32,000 bases of DNA from Synechococcus elongatus PCC 6301 (GCF_000010065.1 NC_006576.1:1770001-1802000); one strand, 5' to 3'; numbered from the stretch's first letter, positions 8,427 through 17,659 are shown. The notes: generated from the letters alone by a model not told the origin. Numbers and translations are program-made.

Positions 8427-10613
8427 TCAAAGCAGTCCGGGGCGAGCCTGTTGGGCGATCGCTGGTTGTAAGGATCCCCTAAGACTCCAACGCCAAGCTT
8501 GGTGGCGTGTGCGTCCATTGGGCTGCAGGGCTGGGGTGTCGCTTGTATGCATGCCGGTTGGAGCACTACTGCTGCTGATCCAGCCTTGAATCTGGCCGGA
8601 CTGTAACCAGCCCTGAGGGAGGCGATCGCTGGCTGACCAAAGCCAAGTTTGAGGCGGTAACGGCGGCAAATCCTGCGAACTCCAGCGATCGCTGCCGCGT
8701 TGAAATAGCCAGAGCCACTGCTCGCCCTGCCAGCTCAGTTGCCAGAGGTTGGGCGTGCGACTTAGCCACTCTAATTTCAGGTTGGGCCATTGGATCGTTT
8801 GCCCTGGTTGCAGGCTTTGGCTACTGAAAATCTGACGAATCGGCCATTGCTCCTGAACGGTACAGCGATCGCTCAGCTGCAAGACCCAGTCCAGTTGATT
8901 GATGCCCTGTTGTTCTAGGTAAGGCTGGAGATCCCAACGTAAGCTGCGATCGCTCGCTCCGCAGACTAAACCCACCTGACCGCGATCGCGCACGACAGCC
9001 AAGGGTCCATCACTGTTCAAAAACAGAATTTCCTGCTGGGTCGCTGCTTGCGCCAGTCCTGGCAGCAAGACGATCGCAATCAACGCCACGGCCAGCGATC
9101 GCCAGCGGCGGCGCAGTCGAGGCCAAGTCAGCAGCAGTGCATAACTGAGATAGCAGAGCAGCACAACAATCAGCGCAATCTGTCCAGTTGCCCAAGTTGC
9201 CCCAGGCAGATTGGCGATCGTACTGACTAGGCTAATCAGCAGCCAGAGTGGCGCGCTAAGCAGCCAAGCTGCGACACTCCCAAGTGGCAGCCAAATCAGC
9301 GAGAGCAGACCGGCCCATACGCCGCCCATCCCCAAACTTGCTAAGAGCGGTGTGACCAGCACATTCGCGGGAATCGCGTAGGGCGAGAGGGTGCCAAAGG
9401 CGTGCAGTTGTAGCGGTAGCGTCCAGAGTGTGGCGGCCAGTGGCACGGCAATCAGGATGGCCAGTCGAGGGGGTAGCCAGTCCAAGCGATCAGTAATAGG
9501 ACGAACACTGACGACCAGCCCCAAGGTCGCCAGAAAGCTGAACTGAAAGCCGAGATCCTCAATCCAGAGTGGTTGCCAGAGCAGCAGCGCGGTCGCGACC
9601 AGTAACAAGGTCGGTAAGGTCTGGGGCGATCGCTGACGCAACAGTGCCCAGAGCTGAATTTCGCCCATCAAGAACGCCCGCAACAGCGATGCAGAACTGC
9701 CTGCAATGCCGAGAAAACTGATCAGCGTGAGGGTACCGATCGCGGCTTGCCAACGGGGCGAGAGGCCCCGGCAACAGGCCAAGGTCAATCCCAGGAGCAA
9801 GGCTACCTGAAAGCCAGAAGCAGCCGTCGCATGAGCCAAACCACAACGCAGAAAATCCTCAGGAAGGTTGCCTGGTAGTCGTGCCAAGCCGTTGCCAAAG
9901 CTCAGGGCGGCCAGCGCTGAGCCTTGATCGGAACCTAAGCCTTGCTGAAAGGCAGCCAAAATACGGCGACGCACCGGCTCGAGGCTCCAGAGCGGCGGAT
10001 TGTCTTCCTTGAGCAGTTGCCCCCGAAATTCACTAAAAATCGACTGACGTTGGAGATAGCGTTGGCGATCGAAACCGGCAGGATTGCGCGGCGCTTGGAG
10101 CGATCGCAATTCCCCTTCCAACACCACGGTCTGACCGGGTTGTAATCCTGTGACAGCTTGGGTCAAGCGAACCGCAACCTGTCCTTGCAGCCCTTGGCTG
10201 GGGGGCAACCTCAGCTCAGTTTCGGCAGGATTGGGCGACCAGGTTTGCGCCGTCAGCGTGAAGGATTGGCCGTTGGTTTGTAGACGTGGGCGATCGCTGA
10301 TCGTTCCGACTAAAACACCTGACCCTTGATCAGCCCAGCGGCTAATGTCTGTGGCACTCGGTGTCGGTAAGCGTAGGTAAAACCAAAAGCCGGCGGCGTA
10401 AAGCGCGATCGCTGCCCAAAGCCAGAAGCGCAAGGGGATGCGGCGCTGACTTTTGCGGGGCAAGCAGGGATAGCCACCGATCGCGATCGCGGCCCAGAGG
10501 AGGCCAGCAAAGACCCAGCCGACGGGCAAAGGCGACTGGCTGGCGAGAAAGAAGCCCGCGATCGCAAAAGCACAGCAGAGATAGACTGCCGTGGGTGCCA
10601 TGGATCCATCCAC
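8427..10613 (-). CDS. comEC: DNA internalisation competence protein ComEC/Rec2
   Basis: Polytopic membrane protein with the competence-domain signature (FLRCGLAHATAASGFQVALLLG, compare GLxHLLAISGLH). The N-terminus has a DUF4131/OB-like region. The C-terminal ~200 aa resemble a metallo-beta-lactamase fold start (EILFLNSDG...) but lack HxHxDH. Confidence 0.88.
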   Translation of the reverse strand: MDGSMAPTAVYLCCAFAIAGFFLASQSPLPVGWVFAGLLWAAIAIGGYPCLPRKSQRRIPLRFWLWAAIALYAAGFWFYLRLPTPSATDISRWADQGSGVLVGTISDRPRLQTNGQSFTLTAQTWSPNPAETELRLPPSQGLQGQVAVRLTQAVTGLQPGQTVVLEGELRSLQAPRNPAGFDRQRYLQRQSIFSEFRGQLLKEDNPPLWSLEPVRRRILAAFQQGLGSDQGSALAALSFGNGLARLPGNLPEDFLRCGLAHATAASGFQVALLLGLTLACCRGLSPRWQAAIGTLTLISFLGIAGSSASLLRAFLMGEIQLWALLRQRSPQTLPTLLLVATALLLWQPLWIEDLGFQFSFLATLGLVVSVRPITDRLDWLPPRLAILIAVPLAATLWTLPLQLHAFGTLSPYAIPANVLVTPLLASLGMGGVWAGLLSLIWLPLGSVAAWLLSAPLWLLISLVSTIANLPGATWATGQIALIVVLLCYLSYALLLTWPRLRRRWRSLAVALIAIVLLPGLAQAATQQEILFLNSDGPLAVVRDRGQVGLVCGASDRSLRWDLQPYLEQQGINQLDWVLQLSDRCTVQEQWPIRQIFSSQSLQPGQTIQWPNLKLEWLSRTPNLWQLSWQGEQWLWLFQRGSDRWSSQDLPPLPPQTWLWSASDRLPQGWLQSGQIQGWISSSSAPTGMHTSDTPALQPNGRTRHQAWRWSLRGSLQPAIAQQARPGLL

Positions 10614-10666
10614 AAACGCTGTTGTTTAGGAAGCCCACGCCAGTGCAAAGAGTTGCGATCGCGAAT

Positions 10667-11545
10667 CTAGGCTGTCACTTTTTGCAGCAGTGGAAAGCCC
10701 AACTGCTCGCGCTGTTCCAGATAGAGCTTGGCAACTTGCCGCGCCATATTCCGAATCCGGCCGATGTAGCGCGTTCGCTCCGTCACCGAAATCAGACCGC
10801 GAGCATCTAGCAGGTTGAAGCTGTGGGAACACTTGAGCACGTAATCCAAGCTGGGATGCACCAGCCCCTTCTCAATTAGTTGGGTGGCTTCCTGCTCGTA
10901 AAGACCAAATAACTGGAAGAGCAACTCCGGCGTCGAAGCTTCGAAGTTGTAGGTGCATTGCTCAATCTCGCTTTGCAGATGCACGTCGCCATAGCTGAGG
11001 CGATCGGTCCACTTGATCTCGGTGAAGGCTTCGACGTTTTGCAAATACATCGCCAGCCGTTCCAGACCGTAGGTGATCTCAATCGACACAGGTCGACAGT
11101 CGATGCCGCCGCACTGCTGGAAGTAGGTGAACTGAGCCACCTCCATGCCATCCAGCCAAACTTCCCAGCCGACACCCCAGGCCCCAAGCGTTGGCGACTC
11201 CCAGTTATCTTCGACAAAGCGGATGTCATGTTCCTCGGGCTGAATCCCCAAGGCCCTCAGTGAGTCAAGATAGGTTTCCTGAATCCCTTCTGGTGAGGGC
11301 TTGATCAGCACTTGGTACTGGTAGTAGTGCTGATAGCGATTGGGATTTTCGCCGTAGCGACCATCAGTAGGACGACGACAAGGCTCCACATAAGCCACAG
11401 CCCAAGGCTCAGGCCCGATCGCCCGCAGAAAAGTGTGCGGATTCATGGTGCCGGCCCCTTTTTCGGTGTCGTAGGGCTGGGCAATCAGGCAACCGCGATC
11501 GGCCCAAAATTGGTTGAGCGTGGCAATGACGGATTGAAAGTTCAC
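10667..11545 (-). CDS. glyQ: Glycine--tRNA ligase alpha subunit
   Basis: [41 protein letters not shown]... is a near-universal GlyQ N-terminus. The 292-aa length is typical. Confidence 0.97.
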   Translation of the reverse strand: MNFQSVIATLNQFWADRGCLIAQPYDTEKGAGTMNPHTFLRAIGPEPWAVAYVEPCRRPTDGRYGENPNRYQHYYQYQVLIKPSPEGIQETYLDSLRALGIQPEEHDIRFVEDNWESPTLGAWGVGWEVWLDGMEVAQFTYFQQCGGIDCRPVSIEITYGLERLAMYLQNVEAFTEIKWTDRLSYGDVHLQSEIEQCTYNFEASTPELLFQLFGLYEQEATQLIEKGLVHPSLDYVLKCSHSFNLLDARGLISVTERTRYIGRIRNMARQVAKLYLEQREQLGFPLLQKVTA

Positions 11546-11659
11546 GCCGTCCTCGATTCGATGGGTGAAGTGCTACAGCTTTTCACCGTAGCAGGATTGC
11601 AGGGGCTTCCCTAGCGATCGCGAGTTGAGGCGATCATCGGTGTGCCAAAAGACCGAGAT

Positions 11660-12610
11660 CTAGCGCACGGAGCCCCAGCCGTCCCAAGGGCTGACCTCGA
11701 CTACGCCACTGGGCTGAAAGACGATGCGGAGATCCGCTAGGGGTTGGCGATCGCCTGCAGGCAATGGCTTCAAGAGTGAAGCGAGCGGTGTTTGCTGAAT
11801 GTCAGATTGGCTATCTTCGGCGCGATAACCCACAATTTGACCTGTGGCCGTTGCGCTGACGCGATATTGCTCAGCTTCCGCAGGTTCGTACTCGGGTTTG
11901 CGATCCCAAGCACTGCCGATCGCTGCTCGACTGGCCACCACAACAGCTTCCAGCGTTCCTGCATCCGCCAAACTTGGGCTACTGGCAGGAGGCTCTGTCG
12001 CAGGTGGATTGCTGTTCGCCCCTGAGGTCGTCTGCTCAGTCTGGGGTAGGTTCTCGCGCGGCGGCTTCACCTCAGGAATTGGCAGGGCAAAGAGAGCTGC
12101 AGCAGCGATCGCGAGTCCAGCTAGACCGACAGCGGGTGCGGCGGCCCGTTGTGGCAACGGCACCAGAGCTGGGACATGGCGACGCGGTAGGGGGGCCAAG
12201 CCAATCTGGAGATCGGGCAGCGTTAAGGGGTCTGCGATGAGTTGATCGATCGCATCGACCAGATCAAAGAGCTGCAGGCTGTTTAGTTCCAGTGCAACTT
12301 CGCTACCGTTATCGTTACTGGTCAGCTGATGGCGATCGCGATCGAGCGATCGCAACTGGATCAAGTCGCTACTGATGGCAGTCTGGGGGCGAGGCAAACC
12401 ACTGATCACCCCTTGGGCGTAGGCACTCGCGACTGTGGCAAGCTGAACCAGAAAATCTTTACCACCCCGTAGAGCCGGTTGTAGGCCGGGGAAGCCACAC
12501 TCCACCCGCGTCACAATTGTCAGGCATTGACTGTTATCCAAGCTGGCATCGGCAAGGCCTTGCACGAGCAAACTGCAATTGGGCAGCTGATAGAGCCGTT
12601 GAAGTTGCAT
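11660..12610 (-). CDS. Cyanobacterial conserved membrane-anchored protein (DUF4335-like)
   Basis: The N-terminus (LYQLPNCSLLVQGL) matches what I recall of the DUF4335 family. There is a central hydrophobic helix (VGLAGLAIAAAALFALPI), then a Pro/Thr/Ser-rich linker and a small C-terminal domain. Confidence 0.7.
   Translation of the reverse strand: MQLQRLYQLPNCSLLVQGLADASLDNSQCLTIVTRVECGFPGLQPALRGGKDFLVQLATVASAYAQGVISGLPRPQTAISSDLIQLRSLDRDRHQLTSNDNGSEVALELNSLQLFDLVDAIDQLIADPLTLPDLQIGLAPLPRRHVPALVPLPQRAAAPAVGLAGLAIAAAALFALPIPEVKPPRENLPQTEQTTSGANSNPPATEPPASSPSLADAGTLEAVVVASRAAIGSAWDRKPEYEPAEAEQYRVSATATGQIVGYRAEDSQSDIQQTPLASLLKPLPAGDRQPLADLRIVFQPSGVVEVSPWDGWGSVR
12332..12353. repeat. Example HIP1 cluster (GCGATCGC-GATCGA-GCGATCGC)
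   Basis: Two full HIP1 octamers sit within 22 nt. HIP1 occurs about 60 times in the window by my manual count. It is a hallmark of many cyanobacterial genomes. Confidence 0.9.
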
Positions 12611-12616
12611 CGCTGA

Positions 12617-13336
12617 CTAAACCTCACCATCAAACAGACTGGCCCAGAGGCGCTTGGCTCCAGCCACACCAGTACAGAACAGCAGTTGTTCCACGAGGGT
12701 CAACGCCAACTGGTCGAGGCTATCGCCTTCGGCCAAGCGAATGACCGCCGCCCGGCGCGGGTTCATGCGGGACTGGAAGTGCGATCGAAAGCGATCGAGA
12801 TAAAAGGCAATTAAGGCATCGCTGCGGTAGTCTGCCCCCTGCTGTTCCAGTTGGCTTCGAGTCAGCAGAATCTGCCGGATCGGCACGGTCAGTCGCTGGG
12901 CGAGGTTACTGATCAACACTGCGATCGCCTGGATTTCAGCCTGACTGAGGGGTTGGCGCTGGGTGAGGCGACGCAGGGGATTGGTGCTCCGTAGTCGCCA
13001 GACTTGGACGCGATCGCGCAAGACCGATTCAAGCCCCAACTCACGGCTGACCCAGAGAATGGCTTCTGGGGCTCCTAAGTCCAATGCTTCGAGAGCTAAA
13101 AGCAAAAGGTCGAGATGCTGTCGGGCGCGCCGTGGACAGTCTTCGGGAATCCCCGCTAGCTTGGGCAACTGCAGCAAGGCCGCCGGCAAGCTTGCTTCGG
13201 CTGGCATGGGAGTTGGAGAAATACTGGCAGAGGCGTTCATGCAATCCATCGAGCCCTGAGCGCCCGCACCGCGATCGCCCTTCGCTGCCGATGGTACCAG
13301 CGCCAGAAACGGGTTTGCGGGCAGACAGTGTTTCAA
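12617..13336 (-). CDS. Cyanobacterial conserved hypothetical protein (DUF3038-like)
   Basis: The stop lies 6 nt upstream of the next gene's ATG, so the two are tightly coupled. LDLLLLALEALDLG...ILWVSRELGL resembles DUF3038 as I recall it. The start is uncertain because several in-frame Met codons occur (MKHC.. or MDCMNAS..). Confidence 0.65.
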   Translation of the reverse strand: MKHCLPANPFLALVPSAAKGDRGAGAQGSMDCMNASASISPTPMPAEASLPAALLQLPKLAGIPEDCPRRARQHLDLLLLALEALDLGAPEAILWVSRELGLESVLRDRVQVWRLRSTNPLRRLTQRQPLSQAEIQAIAVLISNLAQRLTVPIRQILLTRSQLEQQGADYRSDALIAFYLDRFRSHFQSRMNPRRAAVIRLAEGDSLDQLALTLVEQLLFCTGVAGAKRLWASLFDGEV

Positions 13337-13410
13337 TTTAGCATTTCTGGGCTTGCCATCCCGCGAGTGGCAGATGCCACAATGCTGGGGAATGTTGGCG
13401 TCCCCTCTGC

Positions 13411-13926
13411 ATGGATCTCAAAACCCTGATTCGGGAAATTCCGGATTTTCCCAAACCCGGCATCCTGTTCCGAGACTACACAACGGTGTTGAAGGACCCC
13501 CAGGGTTGGCGCTACAGCATCGATCGTTTGACTGAGTTGATCAAGCCCTTGGAACCGACGGCGATCGTGGGGATTGAGTCGCGGGGTTTCATCCTAGGTG
13601 CGCCCTTGGCCTACCAACTCGGCTTGGGTTTTGTGCCGGTGCGGAAGCCGGGCAAACTGCCTGCTGACACCCACAGCGTCGAGTATGAGCTGGAATACGG
13701 TAGCGATCGCCTCGAAATCCACCAAGATGCTTTGGCTCCGGGCGATCGGGTTGTCGTTGTCGATGACTTAATTGCCACGGGCGGGACTGCCAGTGCTACC
13801 GCCACGTTGATCGATCGCTGCAGCGCGACCTTGGCCGGCTTTGCCTTTGTGATCGAGCTGGAAGGGCTGAATGGCCGCGATCGCCTGCCCGAGGTACCAA
13901 TCATCAGCCTCGTGAGCTACGACTAA
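13411..13926 (+). CDS. apt: Adenine phosphoribosyltransferase
   Basis: [13 protein letters not shown] and the PRPP-binding motif [14 protein letters not shown] are present. The 171-aa length is typical. Confidence 0.95.
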   Translation: MDLKTLIREIPDFPKPGILFRDYTTVLKDPQGWRYSIDRLTELIKPLEPTAIVGIESRGFILGAPLAYQLGLGFVPVRKPGKLPADTHSVEYELEYGSDRLEIHQDALAPGDRVVVVDDLIATGGTASATATLIDRCSATLAGFAFVIELEGLNGRDRLPEVPIISLVSYD

Positions 13927-13932
13927 GTCGAC

Positions 13933-14928
13933 ATGAGTCGCCGTGCCACCACCCAGTTTTTGCTGCAACGGTTGCTCCAAGCCCTGTTGACGTTGCTGCT
14001 AGCTTCGTTCCTCAGCTTTTGTCTGATCCAGCTGGCACCCGGCGACTATCTCAGTAACCTGCAGCAAAACCCCCAACTGTCTGCTGAACGGATTCAAGAA
14101 CTACGGCAACAATTTGGCCTCGATCGTCCTTGGCTTGAGCAGTATGGACGCTGGCTCTGGCAAGTGGTTCGCTACGGCAACTTTGGCAGCAGTTTTGTCT
14201 ATCAACGACCTGTCGCCGATCTGCTCTGGGAGCGCGTGCCCAACACCTTGCTCTTGGCTATCTGTTCTCTGATCACGACTTGGGCGATCGCCTTGCCGCT
14301 GGGCATTCAGGCCGCCGTTGCTCAAAATCAGCGGAGCGATCGCATCCTGCAACTGATCAGCTATCTTGGGCAGGGAACTCCGAGTTTTATTACAGCGCTG
14401 CTGCTGCTCTTCCTCGCGCAGTTTCTGACGCCGCTGCTGCCGATCGGCGGCATGACTAGCCTCGATTTTGAAGACCTCACGCCCCTGCAACAAATGGCGG
14501 ATTTGGGTCGCCATCTCATCCTGCCGGTCTTAGCGCTTACTCTCTCGGGCTTTGCTAGCCTGCAGCGGATCAGCCGTGGTGAAATGCTCGAGGTGCTGCG
14601 CCAAGACTACATCCGCACCGCCCGTGCCAAAGGCTTGCCGGAGCAGCGCGTCATCTACGTCCACGCTCTACGCAATGCGATCAATCCCCTGATTACGCTC
14701 TTGGGCTTTGAGTTCGCGACCCTGCTCAGCGGCGCTTTTATTGCTGAATATTTCTTTAACTGGCCGGGGCTAGGCCGCTTAATTTTGCAAGCCGTTTTTG
14801 CGCAGGATCTCTACTTGGTAATGGCCAGCTTGATGATGGGTGCTGTGATGCTGATTCTGGGCAATCTGCTCGCAGATCTGCTGCTGCGCTGGGTCGATCC
14901 CCGCATTCGCCTGGATGATCTGAACTAA
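13933..14928 (+). CDS. ABC transporter permease, DppB/OppB (peptide/nickel) type
   Basis: The N-terminus (LLQRLLQALLTLLLASFLSFCLIQLAPGD) and the EAA-loop region (DYIRTARAKGLPEQRVIYVHALRNA) are typical of DppB/OppB permeases. Confidence 0.88.
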   Translation: MSRRATTQFLLQRLLQALLTLLLASFLSFCLIQLAPGDYLSNLQQNPQLSAERIQELRQQFGLDRPWLEQYGRWLWQVVRYGNFGSSFVYQRPVADLLWERVPNTLLLAICSLITTWAIALPLGIQAAVAQNQRSDRILQLISYLGQGTPSFITALLLLFLAQFLTPLLPIGGMTSLDFEDLTPLQQMADLGRHLILPVLALTLSGFASLQRISRGEMLEVLRQDYIRTARAKGLPEQRVIYVHALRNAINPLITLLGFEFATLLSGAFIAEYFFNWPGLGRLILQAVFAQDLYLVMASLMMGAVMLILGNLLADLLLRWVDPRIRLDDLN

Positions 14929-14966
14929 ATTGTTCACGCTTCTGGCTTGAGTCCTGTAGTGCGCTC

Positions 14967-15007
14967 AGGCAGTCTTGGGCTGCGATCGTGCAGACGCCTA
15001 GTTTTTT
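14967..15007 (+). terminator. Rho-independent terminator after the permease gene
   Basis: Imperfect hairpin AGGC(A)GTCT...AGACGCCT spans 14967-14999, followed by T6 at 15002-15007. Confidence 0.55.
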
Positions 15008-15036
15008 GGCAAACCATTGGCTAACATTCAGGTGCT

Positions 15037-16149
15037 TTGACTCTCTGTGCAAATAAAAAGGCGCTTCTCGTGGTCGGCATTTTTTCTAAGTTTCTTGGTG
15101 GCGATCAATCGCGCCTTGGGGTGGAAATTACCCCAGAGCGGATCAATCTTGCCCACATTGGCCGCAAGGGGAATCGCCTGCAGCTTCAGGATTTTGTTTC
15201 CGTGGAGCTACCGGATGGGTTGTTTCAAGACGGGCGCGTGCTAGATAGCTTCAGCCTGTCCGATCTGCTCCGCACCGCCATCAACGACAACCGCATCAGA
15301 ACCAAAAGAGTCTCCACTGCGGTGCCAGGACGAGAGGTGATCACCCGGCTGCTGCCCATGCCCGCGGAGCTCGATGATGCCGAATTGCGCGAGACACTGA
15401 TCAATCAAGAAGCTGCTCTGTTCCTGCCCTTCCCGCGTGAAGAGGCCGACATCGACTATCTGAAACTGGACTATTTTCTGGACGCGGATGAGGTCGAAAA
15501 GTTGCACGTCCTGCTCGTGGCGACTCGTCGGCAGGTGACCGATGTCTACCTTGATCTCTTTGCCCAAGCTGGCCTGACGCCTGACATTGTGGAAGTTGGG
15601 AGCTTTGCGCTAATCCGAACGATTCGCGAAGCGCTGCGCCAGTACGGATTGCAAGAAGCGGTCATTCTCCTCAACGTGGAATATGACCTCACAGAAATCG
15701 TGATTATCGTTGGGGGCGTGCCTCGGTTTAGCCGCACGATCGCCATGGGTACTCAGCAGTGGCAGCGGGCTGCAGCCCAAGCTGGTATCGACAATACAGG
15801 ACGGGGTATTGATTTCCTGCAGGGGCGATCGTTCACATTGCTCGAACCCCCGGCTGATCTCCTCTCTCAAGCTCTGGCACGATCGGTCACCGAGCTCTGT
15901 GATGAAGTACGGCGATCGGCTGACTTCTACCTCAGCCAAGAGACCGATATTGAAGTAGCCAAGCTCTACGTTGCAGGTCCAGGCTCAGCCTTGCCAACAC
16001 TACCCGAGTTTCTGGGGCAACGCCTAGGGCTCCCTGTAGAACTCGTCGATCCTGTCGAGGGGTTGGGGCTCGAGGTGGCGGAGAACCTTTATTTGCCAAA
16101 TCGCGCTGATGTGGGCGTGGTGTTGGGCTTAGCCACGCGAGGAGTATAG
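15037..16149 (+). CDS. pilM: Type IV pilus assembly ATPase-like protein PilM
   Basis: Actin-like PilM fold signature (GVEITPERINLAHIG..., ..LYVAGPGSALP). First gene of pilMNOQ. The start is ambiguous: TTG at 15037 or GTG at 15070. Confidence 0.88.
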   Translation: MTLCANKKALLVVGIFSKFLGGDQSRLGVEITPERINLAHIGRKGNRLQLQDFVSVELPDGLFQDGRVLDSFSLSDLLRTAINDNRIRTKRVSTAVPGREVITRLLPMPAELDDAELRETLINQEAALFLPFPREEADIDYLKLDYFLDADEVEKLHVLLVATRRQVTDVYLDLFAQAGLTPDIVEVGSFALIRTIREALRQYGLQEAVILLNVEYDLTEIVIIVGGVPRFSRTIAMGTQQWQRAAAQAGIDNTGRGIDFLQGRSFTLLEPPADLLSQALARSVTELCDEVRRSADFYLSQETDIEVAKLYVAGPGSALPTLPEFLGQRLGLPVELVDPVEGLGLEVAENLYLPNRADVGVVLGLATRGV

Positions 16150-16151
16150 CG

Positions 16152-16868
16152 GTGTACAGCTTAGACATTAACTTTCTCAAAGAACGGACAACCACAGCGC
16201 CGCCAGTTACCACCTTCGGGACTGCAGCCGTTGCCACTAATCCCTCGGAGCGGCTCCCGCTCTGGATTGGGGTGGGTATCGGCTTGCTTTTGCCTGGGCT
16301 GGCACTCGTGGTTACGGCCTTGGCTAACAATCGGGTTTCGACCCTGACTGCTGACAAGGCCGAACTCGAACAACAAATTCAGCTGGGGCAGCCAGCAGAA
16401 GCCCGCCTCAAGAGCATTCAGGCTGAGATTGAGCAAATCAATACCGACACCACGTCCTTAATTCAGGTCTTCCCGCAGGTCAAATCCTAGTCTGCTATCC
16501 TCACCGACCTGAGTCGACGGACCCCGGTGGCAGTTCAGATCAGCAAGATTGAGCAGGCGGGCAAGAAGGTCACCCTACAGGGCAGTTCTTCTAACTACGA
16601 CTCGGTCAATGACCTGCTGCTGACCTTGCAGCAGTCGCGTTTCTTTACAGCTAGCAGCCTGCGGATTGAAGAGGCGAAATTAGGCGCTACCCCTACTCAA
16701 AATACAGGGGAGAACAGTCCTAAGCTGTCGAATGTGAACTATCGCATTGTCGGTGAGCTCAGCGACGTTCCCACGACGGATCTCTTGCAAAATCTCCGTC
16801 AGCTCGATGCTCAAGGTCTTGCTGCTCGCCTGCAGGGATTAGTGAACCAAGGGGTACTGAAGCCATGA
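16152..16868 (+). pseudogene. pilN: pilN interrupted by an in-frame TAG (16488-16490); appears as two ORFs, 16152-16490 and 16527-16868
   Basis: Both ORFs are in the same frame (16152 and 16527 are both divisible by 3). The N-terminal part has the PilN signature (LDINFLKER plus a TM helix and coiled coil). The C-terminal part continues a PilN periplasmic domain. Reading through gives ...VFPQVKS*SAILTDLSRRTPVAVQISKIEQ, where orthologues have a Trp as I recall. Confidence 0.8.
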
Positions 16869-17659
16869 CTGTCTCGCTGAGTAAATTCCCGGATGATGAA
16901 CCCGAGGTTCTCGCATCCAATTACCCAACGGTTTTTGGGCTGACAATTACACCCCTCGTGGGTGGAATTCTAGCGGCGATCGCAGGGTTGGCAGGCGCTG
17001 GCTGGATTTTTCTCAATCTTGTTCAGCCAACTCAAGAGCAGGCTAATCAGCTGACCCAGGAAGTTAATGACCTCCGCGCTCGGGCTGAACAGCAAGCCGC
17101 TAGCCTGCGCCAAATTGGCGCTCAGCAGCAACAGTTAGCCAATGCTCGAGCCCAACAGCGTGTGGTGCAAAGCTTCTTTGCATCGCCCGCCACCTTAGAT
17201 ACGCTGTTGCTCGACATCGATGGCCAAGTAAGGCGGGTGGCTGGCTTGCAGCTGCAGTCCTACTTGCCGAAGGAGTCGGCGATTGTGACCGATGGGTCGC
17301 TCGGTGAAGGCGTCAACAACAAACTGAAGCAAACCCCCGTGTTTGTCGAGGTGAGTGGCAGTTTCAACCAAACTGTGTCCCTACTGCGGGGACTCGAACA
17401 GTTGCAACCGCTGTTATTGGTGCGAGACATTGTCGTGACGGCAGAGCCGGTGCCGGTCACGGTCACGCCGAGGGGGCAAATCTTGGCGCGGCCAGCCCCC
17501 AAGCTGACGACACAGTTCAATATTGTGGCGCTGAGTCCCTTGACGCCCGAAGAACAGAAGCAGGTTGAAGAGGCTGCTGCTGCCGCTGCGAAAAATAATC
17601 CAGGAGGAGGTGCGAACCCAGGAGGAGGAACGGGCAACGCAGGTCAGTCGGGTCAGTAA
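16865..17659 (+). CDS. pilO: Type IV pilus assembly protein PilO
   Basis: ATGA start/stop overlap with pilN at 16865-16868. It has a single N-terminal TM helix, a coiled coil (QEQANQLTQEVNDLRARAEQQ) and a PilO-like domain, plus a Gly/Pro/Ala-rich tail. Confidence 0.85.
   Translation: MTVSLSKFPDDEPEVLASNYPTVFGLTITPLVGGILAAIAGLAGAGWIFLNLVQPTQEQANQLTQEVNDLRARAEQQAASLRQIGAQQQQLANARAQQRVVQSFFASPATLDTLLLDIDGQVRRVAGLQLQSYLPKESAIVTDGSLGEGVNNKLKQTPVFVEVSGSFNQTVSLLRGLEQLQPLLLVRDIVVTAEPVPVTVTPRGQILARPAPKLTTQFNIVALSPLTPEEQKQVEEAAAAAAKNNPGGGANPGGGTGNAGQSGQ

Noticed and set aside
8236-8589. 117-aa plus-strand ORF
   Set aside because: It runs straight through the tRNA-Ser gene (antisense) and into the comEC 3' end. 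It is an artefact.
16527-16868. Treating the 113-aa ORF as an independent gene
   Set aside because: It is in the same frame as the upstream PilN N-terminal fragment. Its GTG has no SD, and its sequence continues the PilN periplasmic domain. It is better explained as the distal half of a nonsense-interrupted pilN.
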